Of a DNA stretch of 64,000 nucleotides, positions 62,423-64,000 are shown in pieces. The stretch lies in contig OZ361257.1 of assembly GCA_977018835.1 (NCBI GenBank), positions 3,720,001-3,784,000 on the forward strand, written 5' to 3'. The translations under genes and the position numbers were made by a program. Source of the DNA: Minutocellus sp. GHC0000111 (lineage: Eukaryota). Within the stretch, counting starts at the first letter, position 1. Every line of letters starts with the position of its first letter. Under the pieces are notes generated by a model. The model was given only the letters and a program-made list of their open reading frames with translations, ran no database searches and was not told where the DNA came from.

Positions 62423-64000
62423 CTACTCAAATGCACCTTCTTCTGGGAGGGGGGGCAGGTCCCTATTGAGAGCTTCGTCTTCTGGGCTCTGGAATTCTAC
62501 GGATCCTAGCCCGGCATCGTCTTCAACCTGGACCAGCATGCTCTCTCCAGTAGACTTTTTGATGATCTTTACAACGACCTGATCACCGTCGAATTCATCG
62601 GCCTCATCTTTGGAGGCCACATCAACGACAACTTCCTCTCCTTCCGATACAAAGTCCTGCATGATGGCCTCGGAGAGAGTATTTTCGAGGAAGCGTTGAG
62701 CGGCTCTACGAATGGGACGGGCACCATATTGGTTGGCATCCATGCATCCCTCCTCTGTGACCTTCTCGACGAGATCTTCCGTGACGGCGAGGTCCATCTC
62801 TTGCTCTTCCCTCGCCCTAACAACCGTTTCGTCGAGGATATTGCTGGCAATGGCACGCAAATTCTTGTATGATAGTGGCGAAAAGACAACAATTTCATCG
62901 ATCCGATTCAGCAACTCGGGCTTCATGGACTTTTCGAGCTCTTCCTTGACGGTATTGGCCATCTCCAGAACACCAGCCTGGACCTTGGACATGTCGAGAA
63001 TCTTCTGACTACCAATATTGGACGTCATGATGAGGATGCAATTCTTGAAGGATACCGTCCGTCCCTTACCATCAGTCAATTGACCTTCGTCCATAACCTG
63101 CAAAAGGATGTTGAGTACGTCTTCGTGCGCCTTTTCTATCTCATCAAGCAAAATAACGGAATGCGGTGCTCTTCTCACCGCATTGGTGAGCTGACCACCC
63201 TCATCGTAACCAACGTATCCTGGAGGACTTCCCACCAGGCGAGATGTTGAGAAGCGCTCCTGATATTCGCTCATATCGATGCGAATCATGTCCTAGAGTT
63301 TTGTGCATGAGCGAGAGAGAGAGAGCGGTGGTTTTCATTAGACCAATAAAAACATGACAAGCGACATGTTGCATAACACAAAACACAAAAATAAGCCCCA
63401 AAACGAACGCAAGCGAGCTCACCTTCTCCCGACCATAGTACGTTTCAGCAAGAGACTTGCACAATTCAGTTTTGCCGACGCCCTGATGTACGGTACAAGT
63501 GATGAGAATAAAGAAAGATGTGTGAGAGAGAAGAAATTCATTCTGATCCAATTTTCATCGGAACTAAATAAATGGCAGCTTACCGTAGGTCCGCAGAACA
63601 TGAAGGAGGCAATGGGTCGGCGGCCATCACGGAGGCCAGATCGTGCACGTCGAATAGACTTGGCAACAGCTCTTACTGCCCGTTCTTGGCCCTTGATGCG
63701 TCTACCCATGTCCTCCTCAAGATTGCGCAATCTCTCCTTTTCACCGGTATCGAGCCGCCCAATGGGAATGCCGGAAATTTCAGAAATTACCTCTGCTACC
63801 GTATCCTCTGTAACAATTATGTCGTCCTCCTCTTCGTCAAAGATGTCCATCTTTACCATAGATCCTGCCTCATCGAGAAGATCGATGGCCTTATCAGGCA
63901 AAAAGCGATCATTGAGGTAGCGATCACTCAGCTTGGCAGCTGCTTCCATTGCCTTGGGTGTGTATTCAACTCCATGATATTCCTCGTACCTTGGTCTGAC
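62423..64000 (-). CDS. Second copy of the Clp ATPase (3' part, continues beyond the window)
   Basis: ORF 62423-63289 is identical in protein to ORF 55749-56615. Confidence 0.85.

Larger units (their letters stand above)
61695..64000. repeat. Unit 2 (partial, runs off the window) of the tandem duplication
   Basis: Matches 55021-57326; one difference noticed (G57045 vs A63719). Confidence 0.9.

Overview
Gene-dense nuclear DNA from a diatom (stramenopile). The evidence is the diatom-type 18S/5.8S/28S, GT-AG introns and ASAF-type bipartite plastid leaders. A GAS8/DRC4 axonemal homologue suggests a centric lineage. Recognisable genes: NADP-GAPN/ALDH, C3HC zinc-finger (NIPA-like), CNOT11, Mpp10, a TBC RabGAP, a soluble adenylyl cyclase, GAS8, purK-purE (ADE2), a sulfatase, a DDX60/Ski2-like helicase, a SET protein, plastid FtsZ, a trypsin, a Clp ATPase and Vps33. 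A single rDNA unit (minus strand) lies among them. Downstream of 28S is a 3.5-kb mosaic of spacer subrepeats and retroelement debris. The most striking signal is in the distal part of that mosaic. TAY/RTA sites are almost erased while YTAR survives, and repeat copies differ by TA->TG and TA->CA. This looks like a repeat-targeted A->G hypermutation, the reverse of fungal RIP. The window also holds a 6674-bp tandem duplication that truncates Vps33, two in-frame stops in otherwise collinear genes, and three +1 frameshifts at T4 runs that are probably sequencing errors. All counts and alignments were done by eye.
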